Shown piece by piece: positions 1 to 10,937 of a DNA stretch of 64,000 nucleotides. Numbering within the stretch: position 1 is the stretch's first letter; each line of letters starts with the position of its first letter. The DNA comes from an uncultured Planctomycetota bacterium. Its GTDB lineage: Bacteria > Planctomycetota > Planctomycetia > Pirellulales > Lacipirellulaceae. The translations under genes were made by a program, and so were the position numbers. Below the pieces are notes generated by a model. It did no database searches. It worked only from the letters and a program-made list of their open reading frames with translations, and was not told the DNA's origin. Location: contig CAVRBU010000004.1 of assembly GCA_963719315.1 (NCBI GenBank), forward strand, positions 224,001 to 288,000, given 5' to 3'.

Positions 1-1711
1 CCGAGAGCGATGCCGTCTTTGCGTGACTCGGTCGCGCCGAAGTAAACGTCCTTGTCCGCATCGTACCATATGGCCTGATATCCACCGAAGTCGCCATTGG
101 TTTTTGCAATGTTGTGACCGCGTTCTTGGAAATCGCGAATCGACTCCGCCGGAAAGCCGGATTCGAGTTGAACCTCGCCGCCGTCTGCCGCAGCCGGCTT
201 GCCAGTTGGTTCAGAGGAACCGAAGTGCCGGGCGCGAGGCGCGTCGCCCGCTTCTTGCAGGCCCATGTCGAAGTCGAGCAAATTGAGAAGAATCTGCACG
301 TGACCTTGCGGTTGCATGTCGCCGCCCATCACGCCGAAGCTCATTACGGGGCGGCCGCCTTTGGTGACGAACGCCGGAATGATGGTGTGAAACGGCCGCT
401 TGGCGGCTCGTAACTGTTCGCGCGGCCAGGCGTCAAATCGAATAACGCGCCGCGATCTTGCAAGCAACATCCTAGCTTCGGCGGACACACGCCCGAGCCG
501 AAACCCAGATAGTTGCTCTGAATGAGCGAGACCATGTTGTGATCTTTGTCGGCGATGGTGAGATAGATTGTATCGCCGACCTCAAGCCTGGGATTGCCGG
601 CGGCCACGTTTGTCGCCGCATGTTCGTGGTCGATTAGCTTGCGGCGCTCATCGGCATATTCAGCGGAAATGAGCGACTTTACCGGCAGCTTGGCGAATGC
701 CGGATCGGCATAGAATCGCGCGCGATCCTCGAATGCCAGCTTCTTGGCTTCAACCAAATAGTGCAGATGATCGGCGCTTCCGAACCCCGCGGCGCGCAAA
801 TCGAAGACTTTGAGCAACTGCAGCATTTGGAGCGCGCAAATGCCTTGGCCGTTCGGAGGAAGCTCCCACACATCGTAGCCGCGGTACTCGACGCTGAGAG
901 GCTCGACCCATTCCGATCTATGCTCAGCCAGATCTTCGTAACGCAGGAAGCCGCCGATATCGCGCACGAACGCGTCGATCGAGTGTGCGATCTCGCCGCG
1001 GTAAAAGGCGTCCCGGCCATCGTGCGCGATTTTCTCTAGCGCCGTGGCCAACGCCGGATTGCGAAATGTTTCACCATGCTGCGGCGCGCGACCGTTTGGC
1101 AAGAATGTCGCGGCGAACCCGGGTTGGTCGCGATAGGTATCAGCGGCCGCGTTCCAGCTACGGGCGATGACCTCCGTAACGGCGAAGCCTTCGCGGGCGT
1201 GACGAATCGCTGGCGCCAATACTTTATCGAGCGGCAGCTTGCCGAATCGCTGATGTAGTTCTGCCCAACCATCGACGCAGCCCGGCACCGAAATTGTCAG
1301 CGGGCCAAGCGTCGGAATGTATTTCAATTTACGCCGCTGAAACTCTTCGAGTGTAAGACCGCGCGGGCTGCGTCCGCTGGCGTTGAGTCCGTAGAGGCGT
1401 TTCGTTTTGGCGTCCCACACGATCGCAAACAAATCACCGCCGAGGCCACAACTCATGGGCTCGGTGACGGCCAGCACGGCATTCGCAGCAATGGCTGCGT
1501 CGATCGCGTTGCCGCCGGCTTTCAGAATCTCGATGCCGGCGAGCGACGCCAGCGGTTGACTTGTGGCTACCATCCCGTTTTTGCCGACAGCCGGTGATCG
1601 TGTGACGAAAGGTCTGCCTGACGAGCGATCTGCCGCCAGGGTGCAATGTGCCAACCGGGCAAATGCAATCGCCGCAATCACTGTGGCTGGCGGGTTTCTT
1701 AAGAATTTCAT
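1..1711 (-). CDS. ggt: Gamma-glutamyltransferase (1-nt frameshift near 404; last codons run off the window edge)
   Basis: ORF 344..1711 has GMVATSQPLAS, GGNAIDAAIA, ELPPNGQG and catalytic GDTIYL. After SYEP another frame continues KRPFHTIIPAF...GVMGGDMQPQGH...GATESRKDGIALG to position 1. Confidence 0.93.
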
Positions 1712-1825
1712 CGCGCGGATCTGTTTGTAACTGCTATTCTAATACCTTGAAATCAGGCGAACATCAATTCACAGTCATCCCGCCAAATATACCGCACCAC
1801 TACGTTTTTTGTCATAGGATCGGAC

Positions 1826-3235
1826 ATGATCAAGCTCGGGTTTTACGGCGCGGCGGGCGAGGTGACGGGTTCGTGCTACATCGTCACGACCGATCGAAGC
1901 CGCGTGATGGTCGATATGGGCATGCACCAGGGCGAGCGCGAGGCCGACGAGCACAACCGGCGGATGCCGTCGCTTAACCTGGCCACGCTGAATGCCGTCG
2001 TGCTTACACATGCCCACCTCGACCACTGCGGCCGGCTGCCGCTGCTCATCAAGAACGGCTACCGCGGCCCGATTCATTGTACGGCCCCCACGGCCGGCAT
2101 CACGGAAATCATTCTGCGAGATTCGGCCAAGATCCAGGTTGAAGATTTTGCGCGCCGCCGCAGGCACGGTCACGATCGTAAGAACGAGGCGTATGACGAA
2201 CCGCTCTACACCGAGCATGATGTCGAGAAAACGCTGCCGCAACAAACGACGATGCCATACGACGAAGTGAAAACCATTGCCGATGGAATCACGATCAAAC
2301 TCGTAGATGCGGGCCATATCCTCGGCGCGGCCAGTATTCAAATGGTGGTGCGGGACGGAAGTCGTGCCGTGACGATCGCCTTCTCCGGCGACATTGGTCC
2401 GGTGGGCGCACCCATCCTACGCGATCCGGTAACTCCCTTTCCGGCCGAAGTGTTGATTCTCGAATCCACGTATGGCGACCGCGACCACCGATCGCTGGAA
2501 GAAACCCGGAGCCAGCTACTGACGATTCTGCAAAGCGCACAATCTACGGGGAGCAAGGTGCTCATCCCCGCGTTTGCGGTTGGTCGCACCCAGGACATTC
2601 TTTACCATATCGGCGAATTCCAGCGAACGAAGGAGCTCGCCCCCATAAAAGTCGTCCTCGACAGCCCGATGGCCTCTTCCGTTTCAAAACTCTATACAAA
2701 ACATACTGAAGTGTACGACGAGCCGGCTTTGAAGATTCTGAGCGATCAGATGAAGCCGCTGAGCTTTCCAGGGCTGAGATTCACCCAAAGCGTTGAGGAA
2801 TCGAAGCAACTCAACGATGCCAAAGGGTCCATGGTAATCATTGCGGCCAACGGAATGTGTACGGGCGGCCGGATCATGCATCATTTGCGTCACCATCTGC
2901 CCGATCCAAACGCGCAAGTAGTGATCGTGGGCTATCAAGGACAAACGTCGCTCGGCCGCCGGTTGGTGGACGGGGCAAAATACGTTTCGATCTTCGGCAG
3001 CGATGTGGCGGTGCGAGCAAAAGTGCACTCGCTGGGCGGCTTCTCGGCACACGCGGGCCAGAGTGGCCTGGTAAGTTGGGCCGCTCCGTTTCAGTCGTCG
3101 AAGCCGCGAATGTTTCTTACCCACGGCGACGACATGCCGCGGAATACACTGCGGAAGCAGCTTCAGTCTCGCTTGGGTTTGGACGCTGCGATGCCGAAAT
3201 ACGGCGAGGAAGTCGAGTTGTATCCAGTTGGGTAA
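1826..3235 (+). CDS. MBL-fold metallo-hydrolase, beta-CASP RNA-processing family
   Basis: GAAGEVTGS, THAHLDHCG, AGHILG, SGDIG, ESTYGDR, PAFAVGRTQ and GFSAHAG motifs. Confidence 0.92.
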   Translation: MIKLGFYGAAGEVTGSCYIVTTDRSRVMVDMGMHQGEREADEHNRRMPSLNLATLNAVVLTHAHLDHCGRLPLLIKNGYRGPIHCTAPTAGITEIILRDSAKIQVEDFARRRRHGHDRKNEAYDEPLYTEHDVEKTLPQQTTMPYDEVKTIADGITIKLVDAGHILGAASIQMVVRDGSRAVTIAFSGDIGPVGAPILRDPVTPFPAEVLILESTYGDRDHRSLEETRSQLLTILQSAQSTGSKVLIPAFAVGRTQDILYHIGEFQRTKELAPIKVVLDSPMASSVSKLYTKHTEVYDEPALKILSDQMKPLSFPGLRFTQSVEESKQLNDAKGSMVIIAANGMCTGGRIMHHLRHHLPDPNAQVVIVGYQGQTSLGRRLVDGAKYVSIFGSDVAVRAKVHSLGGFSAHAGQSGLVSWAAPFQSSKPRMFLTHGDDMPRNTLRKQLQSRLGLDAAMPKYGEEVELYPVG

Positions 3236-3300
3236 CTTGGGTGGAACGCAGCAACCTCCCAGCTGCACTGGGGGCTCGCCTTCGGCTCAACTCCAGCCAC
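3230..3300. repeat. REP-like palindromic element, inverted doublet
   Basis: 3260..3300 matches the reverse complement of 25376..25416 at 36/41 nt. A degenerate opposite-facing copy at 3230..3262 overlaps the MBL stop codon. Confidence 0.75.
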
Positions 3301-3329
3301 TCAATGGCCAAGGCAATGTGAAAAACGCG

Positions 3330-5495
3330 CTAATCCTTGACCGATGCGTTTTGCGGCGCGAGTTCCACGCACACTAACTCGTTTTCGCCGCGCAAAAACA
3401 GCCGCGTATCGACGAGCGCTGGGTAGCCCAGAAGTTGCGATTGGTTCGACTTGGGATTGTCGAACAACTTGAGCCGCGACACAACACGAAATTCGTTGGC
3501 CGCGGCGTCCACTAAGATTAGCTCGCCACCTAAGCCAACGGTCAGTATTCGATTGCCAGAGGCGATGAGCGGCGCGTAGTCGCCGAACGCCTTATCGTCG
3601 CCGATCCAGATCGGGCGCAATCCGTTTCCGAGGTCCAGGCAAAACATGTGCTCGGAAACGCAAAATGCCCGGTTGCCAACGACAATGGGCGTGCTGATTT
3701 CGGACGCAAGCGATTCATTGAGGGCCGCAGGCCGAGAAACGATCTGACCTTCGCGATCAAATTCGTACAGCCGCGTGAAATTGTTCTCTGTCGTCACGAG
3801 GAGCCGGCCATCGGCGGCCACCGGCGTGGGGACGTTGAAGTCGCCTTGATGAGGCGGCTTGAGCGTCCACAGCCGGCGGCCGGTTGCGATCTCCCATCCG
3901 CCGAGTGACGAGCGATCGTAACCCACCAATTGTCGCACGCCTCCCAACGTCGCGACGATGAAGGAACCATACGCGTGTCGGTCACCCGGCGACTGCCATA
4001 TCACCTTGCCCGTCAGCGGATCGAGTGCGACCAAGGAAGCATCGGGTCCGCCCGGGTTAATGATGAGTTTGCCGTCGACGATCAAAGGCGACGAACAAGT
4101 TCCCCAGACGAGATCAGGATCGCCCGCGAATTTTTCAATTACATTCGTGCGCCAGATCGTGATACCGCTTTCCAAATCGGCACACGTTAGATGCCCGAAA
4201 GCGCCGAATAAATAAACGCAATTGCCGCCGATGAGCGGTGTCGCACGGGGCATGTTGTCGTAATCGAGAGAGCCCGCGGCCGGATATTGCACAGACCACA
4301 GCAGTTCCCCGTCAGCCGCCGAATAGCAACGGAAATCGTCGGCCGAATTGCTGATGTCCCGGTCGCCGATTATGACGACCTTCTCCGTAGCGGCGATGCC
4401 CCCAAGGCCCGGCCGTTGGAGCGGTTGCCGCCAGACGATGGCCGCCTCCGCGGGCAGCGTGTTCGGCAGGGAAGGCACGCGACCGTCTCGCGTCGGTCCA
4501 CGCCACCCGGGCCACGTGGAAGCGGCTTTGATGTCGGCCGGCGGCTCGGCGGCGTTAGTAGCCTCTGATTTTTGAGGCTTATTGGAGGGCGTGCCGGCGG
4601 CCTTTTTTGCTTCCGCACTTACCGATTTCCGCAGCGCGCGATATTCATCGTCGATCGCGATGAATCCTGTCAGCGTTTCCAGCGCGGCCTTTAGTTCTGG
4701 CTTCTGGCCAACGTCCAAAAGCGCTTGGCGCAGCTCTTTTCGGACGGCGGAGTCTAGTCGATTGGTGGCGAACGCCGTAATGAACGGCACCTGCATGGTT
4801 TCTCCAACGACACGCAGATCGCCTTTCTTGACCGTGCCGCACCCCTCTAAAAGCGGCGCTGCGTAGCTGGAAATGACGGCGGCAGCGTGCTGGGAGTCGC
4901 CCCAATCGATGATCTTGCAGGCTCCGTCGCTGCACGCCTGCGATGTCTCTGCAGCGTCGACGGCCGGCACTTCGACGCCGGCGCTAACTAACGCTTCGCG
5001 CACGGCCGCAAACTTCTCATCGCATTCCTGGGGACCAAATAGAATTCGGTAGCCCTGCAAATCCTCTAATTGCTGGGCGCGATCGGCCGACCGCACCACG
5101 ATCAAACCGTTTTGCGTCGTCTTTCCATCCTGGCCGGTCAAGCGGGCCAGCGGCCTGACTTTCAACTTTGCGAGCGTCGCATCATGCCGCACGACCGAAT
5201 CTTTGCCAATGGCGATGTCGATCGTTTTGCAGTTCTCTTTCGCGAGAGCTTTCTCAAATGATTCGGCAAAGGTTACGTTCACGGGTCGACCTAGCCGCTC
5301 GGTCAAATACTCGGCGAGCTTTTCATATTTTCGCTGAGCGTATCCCTGCACGCAGGGGCACGACAGCGGCTCGGCCAGCGGGTCCATCACCACGAGCGAA
5401 AGCGCCTGGTCTGCCGGGGCAGGAGTTTTCGCGTCGTCCGCGAGGACCACGGCCGACATCATCCAACAGGCGGCGATTGCATAAAGAGCGCGCAT
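3330..5495 (-). CDS. Exported PhnD/SsuA-like substrate-binding domain fused to a PQQ-binding-like (BamB-type) beta-propeller
   Basis: Signal peptide. N-terminal YEKLAEYLTERLGRPV, GLIVVRSAD and LRVVGET (PhnD-like). Linker, then WPGWRGPTRDG and repeated propeller blades (GELLW, SSPLIVDG, GKVIW). Confidence 0.8.
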   Translation of the reverse strand: MRALYAIAACWMMSAVVLADDAKTPAPADQALSLVVMDPLAEPLSCPCVQGYAQRKYEKLAEYLTERLGRPVNVTFAESFEKALAKENCKTIDIAIGKDSVVRHDATLAKLKVRPLARLTGQDGKTTQNGLIVVRSADRAQQLEDLQGYRILFGPQECDEKFAAVREALVSAGVEVPAVDAAETSQACSDGACKIIDWGDSQHAAAVISSYAAPLLEGCGTVKKGDLRVVGETMQVPFITAFATNRLDSAVRKELRQALLDVGQKPELKAALETLTGFIAIDDEYRALRKSVSAEAKKAAGTPSNKPQKSEATNAAEPPADIKAASTWPGWRGPTRDGRVPSLPNTLPAEAAIVWRQPLQRPGLGGIAATEKVVIIGDRDISNSADDFRCYSAADGELLWSVQYPAAGSLDYDNMPRATPLIGGNCVYLFGAFGHLTCADLESGITIWRTNVIEKFAGDPDLVWGTCSSPLIVDGKLIINPGGPDASLVALDPLTGKVIWQSPGDRHAYGSFIVATLGGVRQLVGYDRSSLGGWEIATGRRLWTLKPPHQGDFNVPTPVAADGRLLVTTENNFTRLYEFDREGQIVSRPAALNESLASEISTPIVVGNRAFCVSEHMFCLDLGNGLRPIWIGDDKAFGDYAPLIASGNRILTVGLGGELILVDAAANEFRVVSRLKLFDNPKSNQSQLLGYPALVDTRLFLRGENELVCVELAPQNASVKD

Positions 5496-5571
5496 AATTT
5501 CACCTGACTGAAGTGTGACAAGCGATCAAAATCGAGACAATTGCGGAACAATCAATCATCGCGCCGGCCCA

Positions 5572-7224
5572 TTAGTCTTTCGACGGAGCGACAGGAGCAA
5601 TGAGCGCCCTTAAGCCGCTTAGAATGATTCGTTGTGTAGCTGCCGACTTTGGCGTCGCGGCATCGGCCCCGGCTTCGGTCTGGGGTTTAGCTGCCGGAGG
5701 CGAGTCTTTCAGTGCTTTCACCTCAGTGGCAACCTCTTCGGCCGGTCGCGCATCCATTTTTACCAGGTAATTGCGCGTGATATCGAGCATGTAGACCCGG
5801 CTGCCGTCGCTACTCACGGCGATCGAGACGTTTTTGCAACCCGGCTTGAGCTCGACCGCCCCTACCAATCCGAGCAGTTTGCCTTCCGGCGAATACCGCT
5901 TGATGCGACCCGTATCGTCCTCAGCCGTGTAAATGGCACTGCCGGGACCAAAGGCCACGTTCATCGGATTGCAACAGCTTCCAAAACCTTCCAGGCCCGT
6001 CCGAGCGCTAACGCCCCAGGCACCCAGTACTTTACCGTCGCGATCGAAGCGGCGGACGCGATGGCGAGAGTTCTCCGCGACGAATACGCCATCCTTATTG
6101 GCCTTTACGTCCATCTGGCCGCAGCAGCCGCTCAAATCCTTGACGATCAGGGCCGCTGCGCCGAAATCGTCGTCCATCCGCCAAATATCGAATCCGTAGC
6201 CAGTGGCCGCGTGGGTCGCCAGAAACACGTCGTCGCCCGTGGCGCTGATCGAGGACACTTTCTGTTTCGATGCCATCGAAGCTTTGACTTGCGCGTCGAT
6301 CTGCGCATCGGTCAGCGCGCCGTTGGGACCGGTTTTCATCATCTCTGCCCATTGCTCTTTGGCGTTGCCAAGAGCTTCCTTTTGCCTGCTGTACATGGCC
6401 AGTCGTTGCTCTAACAAGGCTTTGTTTTGCAAGCCTCGCCGGACGAAGTTCGGATTTTTCGAATCTGTTTGGTTGTCGGTCTTATTCGCCTCGCTGTCGG
6501 ACGGCTTCTCCAATGCCGCAATCTGTTCCTTGATGGCAGCGATTTCCTTATCCGCACGCTCGATCATTTGGTCGTACACTTTTGATTGCTTGCCAAGTTG
6601 TTCTGCCCGCTGCTTGGCTTGAGCAATCACATCCTCGCGCAACTTTTCTGGGTGCGCGTTGAGTGCCGCGAAGTGGGGGGCCTCCTTCTTCAGTTCGACG
6701 GCTCCCTTCGCCGAAAGCTTAACGACTTGTCCGTCACCGGCGACGAAGATCATCCCATCATCGCGCGCGTATATCGCTTCCGGGTTAACCGGTATCTTCC
6801 ACGTGTCCACGTATTCGCCGTCAGCATCAAATACGCGAATCTCGCCGGATTCGCCCGTACCGCCGGCCAGAATTCGGTCATCTGGCGTCAAACAGAAGCA
6901 CACCAACTTGATCGGCTTCTGCCCTGTTACATTGACTTGAAGTGTGCTCGACTGGCGATGCGTTGGAACAACAATGGCTTTATCAAGTTTGGAGTCGTCG
7001 CCGGCCCCGTTCGCGGGCGGCGTCGCGCTGGGAGCGACTTTCGACAATTTGAATTGAATGGTTCTCGGGGCGATAACCGGCTTCGCGACCTTGTTGGCAG
7101 GTGGAGTGGCTTCCTTGGCGTCCTCACCCCAAGCGGTACTCATGATTCCGAAACACAGGACCGGCAGTGCAAACGAGCAGAACAGCAAGAGCGTCCAAGA
7201 CCGAGAGCGTGTTACGCGGCGCAT
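5572..7224 (-). CDS. Exported NHL-repeat/beta-propeller protein with CC motifs and a coiled-coil insert
   Basis: Signal peptide. NHL-like blades (IRVFDADG, VFVAENSRHRVRRFDRDG, IYTAEDDTGRIKRYSPEG). GCCGQMD and SCCNPMN motifs. Confidence 0.75.
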   Translation of the reverse strand: MRRVTRSRSWTLLLFCSFALPVLCFGIMSTAWGEDAKEATPPANKVAKPVIAPRTIQFKLSKVAPSATPPANGAGDDSKLDKAIVVPTHRQSSTLQVNVTGQKPIKLVCFCLTPDDRILAGGTGESGEIRVFDADGEYVDTWKIPVNPEAIYARDDGMIFVAGDGQVVKLSAKGAVELKKEAPHFAALNAHPEKLREDVIAQAKQRAEQLGKQSKVYDQMIERADKEIAAIKEQIAALEKPSDSEANKTDNQTDSKNPNFVRRGLQNKALLEQRLAMYSRQKEALGNAKEQWAEMMKTGPNGALTDAQIDAQVKASMASKQKVSSISATGDDVFLATHAATGYGFDIWRMDDDFGAAALIVKDLSGCCGQMDVKANKDGVFVAENSRHRVRRFDRDGKVLGAWGVSARTGLEGFGSCCNPMNVAFGPGSAIYTAEDDTGRIKRYSPEGKLLGLVGAVELKPGCKNVSIAVSSDGSRVYMLDITRNYLVKMDARPAEEVATEVKALKDSPPAAKPQTEAGADAATPKSAATQRIILSGLRALIAPVAPSKD

Positions 7225-7507
7225 GATAGGCCTCCGTGAAAAGGAAATTGACCGGAACCGAGGGGGCAGCGTGTCATTTTACATGGGGGGTGCGTATTGC
7301 ATAATGGTGCCAGCGACGATCGTGGAAATCCAGCGTCAAACCCCGGCCGGTTGCGAAGCACAGGCGGTGTAGCAGGCCGAAAGCTTCTAGCCGGCACTTA
7401 AAACTCAATAGGTATTCGTAGGGGGCGGCCCCTTCTTAGCCCACGAAACGGCCGCCTCCGCATAATCTTTGACGCAGCCCAATTTCACCCAGTTCCCGTA
7501 ACTTACG

Positions 7508-9519
7508 ATGATTCGACTTTCCAGCACATTTTATTGCTTACAATTCCCGCGCCGTCCCGCCGGCCTCCGCTTGCGCTTAGCTCAATTCGCCGGCCAAATC
7601 GCCGTAATTTCTTTGGCTGTTCTTAAGATCGCCCCTGCTTTCAGTCAGGAACCCAAGTTTCCGCCCAAGGTCTCCCTGGAGGAAATCGAGCACCGCATTC
7701 ACGAATGTAAGCCCGAGCATCCCCGACTCTTCGCCACACGAAGCGAGTTGGCGAATCTGTCGAAGACAGTCGCAAGCGATCCACTGCGAAAGCAACTTGC
7801 CGATGCCGTCGTTGCCCAAGCCAACTTGCTTCACGATGAAAAGCTCGTCGAACGGCAATTGGTGGGGCGTCGATTGCTGGGAGTCTCTCGGACGTGCAAG
7901 GACCGTGTGCTCGTCTTGGCAACGGCGTATTACCTGACGGGCGATGAGCGACATGCTGAGCGCTGCAAGGAGGAAATGCTGGCAGCAGCACGGTTTTCAA
8001 ATTGGAATCCGTCGCACTACTTGGACGTTGCGGAGATGACAACTGCTCTGGCTATCGGCTACGACTGGTTGTACGACCAACTCGATCCCGCGAACCGGCA
8101 GGAGATTCGCAAGGCGATTGTTGAGAAAGGTATTCGCGTACCGTTTACAACCAATTACAACGGCTGGGTTCATAGCACTAACAATTGGGGGCAGGTGTGC
8201 CACGGTGGTATGACGATCGGGACTCTCGCCGTGCTCGAGGACGAGCCGGAGCTGGCGGCGAAAACCGTGCACAGCTGCGCTGCAAAACATCGTGTTGTCG
8301 ATGGCAGCGTATGCGCCGCGAGGCAGTTACCCCGAAGGTCCTAGCTACTGGTCGTTCGGCACCGGCTATAATGTTTTGCTGATCGACGCGCTCGAGCACA
8401 CGCTGGGTACAGACTTCGGGTTGTCGGCCGCTCCCGGATTCGCCGAGACGGGTGGCTACCCAACGTTGGCATGTGGCCCTTCCGGACAATTCTTCAACTA
8501 CTCCGATGGCAGCGCCGTGCGCGGGCCGTCCGCGATCCGGTTCTGGTTTGCAGCGCGCTATCATCGCCCCGACTGGCTGCTGGGGGAGCGAGCACTTTGG
8601 TCGAATGCGGTTTCGCGGCCGGAAAAAGCTACGCACAAAGGTCTGGGTGCGTTCGCGCCTCTGGCGCTACTATGGATGAGCGGCTCGGAAAAAGAAGCGC
8701 CGGTCCGCCTGCCGCTCAATTGGTCCAGCGGCGGGAAAGTGCCGATCGCGATCCTACGAAGTTCGTGGACCGATCCTCGCGCGACATTTGTCGGACTGAA
8801 GGCGGGTTCGCCATCCTCCAATCACGGCCACATGGACATCGGTTCGTTCGTGCTCGATTGCGATGGTGTTCGCTGGGCCGAAGATCTCGGGGCCGAAGGC
8901 TACTATGGAATCGAATCGCGAAATATGAAACTATGGGATCGCGAACAAAACTCTGATCGATGGACCATTTTTCGGCTCAGCAACTTGGGTCACAACACCC
9001 TCGTGATTGACGGGCAGCTCCAGCGGGCGAATGGCAACTGCGCCGATGGTCGAATTCTCCGACGACTCGGTCCACCCGTTCTCGATCGTAGATATGACGC
9101 CGGTTTACAAGAAGCAGGTCGAGTCGGCGCGGCGCGGAATTGCTCTGCTCCCGTCACACGAGGTGTTGATTCAGGATGAATTAACGGGGCTACGGCCCGG
9201 AAGCCGCGTACGATGGGGAATGATCACGCCTGGCACACCAGAGCGGCTTGGGAAGCAAGGTCTCCTGTTGCACCAGGAAAAAGAGGGGCTTAAGTTAGCG
9301 ATCGTCTCTCCGAAGACACGGGGCTGGACGCAAATTGAAACAGAAACTCCGCCGCACGAATGGGATTCGCCCAACCCTGGCACCCGGATGGTGACTTTCG
9401 AGGCCACGGCGCCGGAATCGGGAAAGTTGACGCTGGTGGTTACCGCGACACCGGGCTCGTGTGGCGACCCGGTGGCGAGTAAGCTGCCGATTGTTCCACT
9501 AAATAAGTGGGTGGAATAG
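7508..9519 (+). CDS. Heparinase II/III-family (DUF4962-like) polysaccharide lyase, frameshifted near 8275 and 9034
   Basis: Three consecutive ORFs (7508..8344, 8292..9179, 9007..9519) join into HPRLF...WNPSHYLDVAEM...NNWGQVCHGG...YPEGPSYW...HGHMDIGSFVL...HNTLVIDG. Confidence 0.85.
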
Positions 9520-9563
9520 GAAACCATGACACTAAACGCCGGCATCTTCGGCACGAGGCCATA

Positions 9564-10691
9564 GTGAGTGATGGCACGCAACAAATCGATAATCCCCCGT
9601 CGGCCAACCAGCGTTTGCTGAGTCTAGACGTCTTGCGCGGCTTCGACATGTTCTGGATCATCGGCGGCGAGGACATCGTGCATGCGGCCGCGAAGTTGAT
9701 GGGCTGGAGTTGGCTTGTCTGGTTTTCCGGCCAGCTTCATCACCCCGCGTGGCACGGTTTCGCCCTCTATGATCTTATCTTTCCGCTATTCTTGTTCATG
9801 GCGGGTGTCGCCATGCCGTTCTCGTTTGAGAAGCGGCTCCAGCGCGGCGCCAGCCGCGCTCAGCTTTATCGCCACGTGATCGTGCGAGCCCTGCTACTTG
9901 TGCTGTTGGGAATGATTCACAACGGCTTGCTGAAGTTTGATTGGGCCAACATGCGATACCCAAGCGTGCTGGGACGCATCGGGCTCGCGTACCTGTTCGC
10001 GGCGATTATCGTGCTCAATTCCAAGGTTCGCGGGCAGGTTTTGTGGATCATCGGTCTGCTCGTCGGCTATTGGGCCGCGCTTCGGTTTATTCCCGTGCCT
10101 GGCTATGGTGCCCACGATCTGGCGCCGGGCCACACACTCACCGACTACATCGATAACTTACTGATCCCAGGCAAGTTGTATGTCGGAAATCGCGACCCGG
10201 AAGGCCTACTGGCAACGGTCCCTGCTATCGCTACGGCACTGCTGGGCGCCGTGACTGGTCAGTGGTTAAAGAGCGAGCGGTTCAGCGGATATGTCAAGAC
10301 CGCGGCGATAATCTTTGCCGGTCTTGTTTTTCTGGCGTTGGCATATTTGTGGAACTTCGAGTTTCCCATCAACAAGAACTTGTGGACGAGCTCGTTCGTC
10401 CTTCAATGTGCGGCGTTGAGCCTATTGTTGCTCGCACTTTTCTATGTGGTGATCGACGTGTGGCAATGGCGGGCCTGGTCTTTCCCACTCGCCGTCATCG
10501 GCAGTAATTCGATCTTTATCTACATGGCCGATGGGTTCATCAATTTCGATTACACGGCCCAATACTTCTTTGGTGGTGCGTTGCGCAATACGGGAGCGTA
10601 TCAGCCGCTGCTGTGGGCCATCTCGGTCATATTCGTCAAATGGCTGTTGCTGTATCTAATGTTCAAGAAACGAATCTTTCTCCGTGTGTGA
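9564..10691 (+). CDS. DUF5009/DUF1624 membrane acyltransferase (HGSNAT/NagX-like); start uncertain
   Basis: RLLSLDVLRGFDMFWI, DLIFPLFLF, SVLGRIG, DPEGLL and PINKNLWTSSF motifs, with many hydrophobic segments. Confidence 0.88.
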   Translation: MSDGTQQIDNPPSANQRLLSLDVLRGFDMFWIIGGEDIVHAAAKLMGWSWLVWFSGQLHHPAWHGFALYDLIFPLFLFMAGVAMPFSFEKRLQRGASRAQLYRHVIVRALLLVLLGMIHNGLLKFDWANMRYPSVLGRIGLAYLFAAIIVLNSKVRGQVLWIIGLLVGYWAALRFIPVPGYGAHDLAPGHTLTDYIDNLLIPGKLYVGNRDPEGLLATVPAIATALLGAVTGQWLKSERFSGYVKTAAIIFAGLVFLALAYLWNFEFPINKNLWTSSFVLQCAALSLLLLALFYVVIDVWQWRAWSFPLAVIGSNSIFIYMADGFINFDYTAQYFFGGALRNTGAYQPLLWAISVIFVKWLLLYLMFKKRIFLRV

Positions 10692-10937
10692 CCGGAACGC
10701 ATCGGCATTTTGAGCTCCCAGCATTTCAAACCAGATAAATTGGAGAAGGAATATTTGCGCAACTGGTATCCAGCAGATAGTTTACTGCCAAAAAAAGTGG
10801 CCAAAACAGTTGACTTTCGGCCGCAAGTTCGTTCTAACATGGGCGTGATCGAATAGACCACAGCCCCCGTCGGACGGTTGGTCGAAGCCGTTTCCCCACA
10901 ATGCCGAGGGCTCCTGCCTACCCCGGGTGACGAGCGC

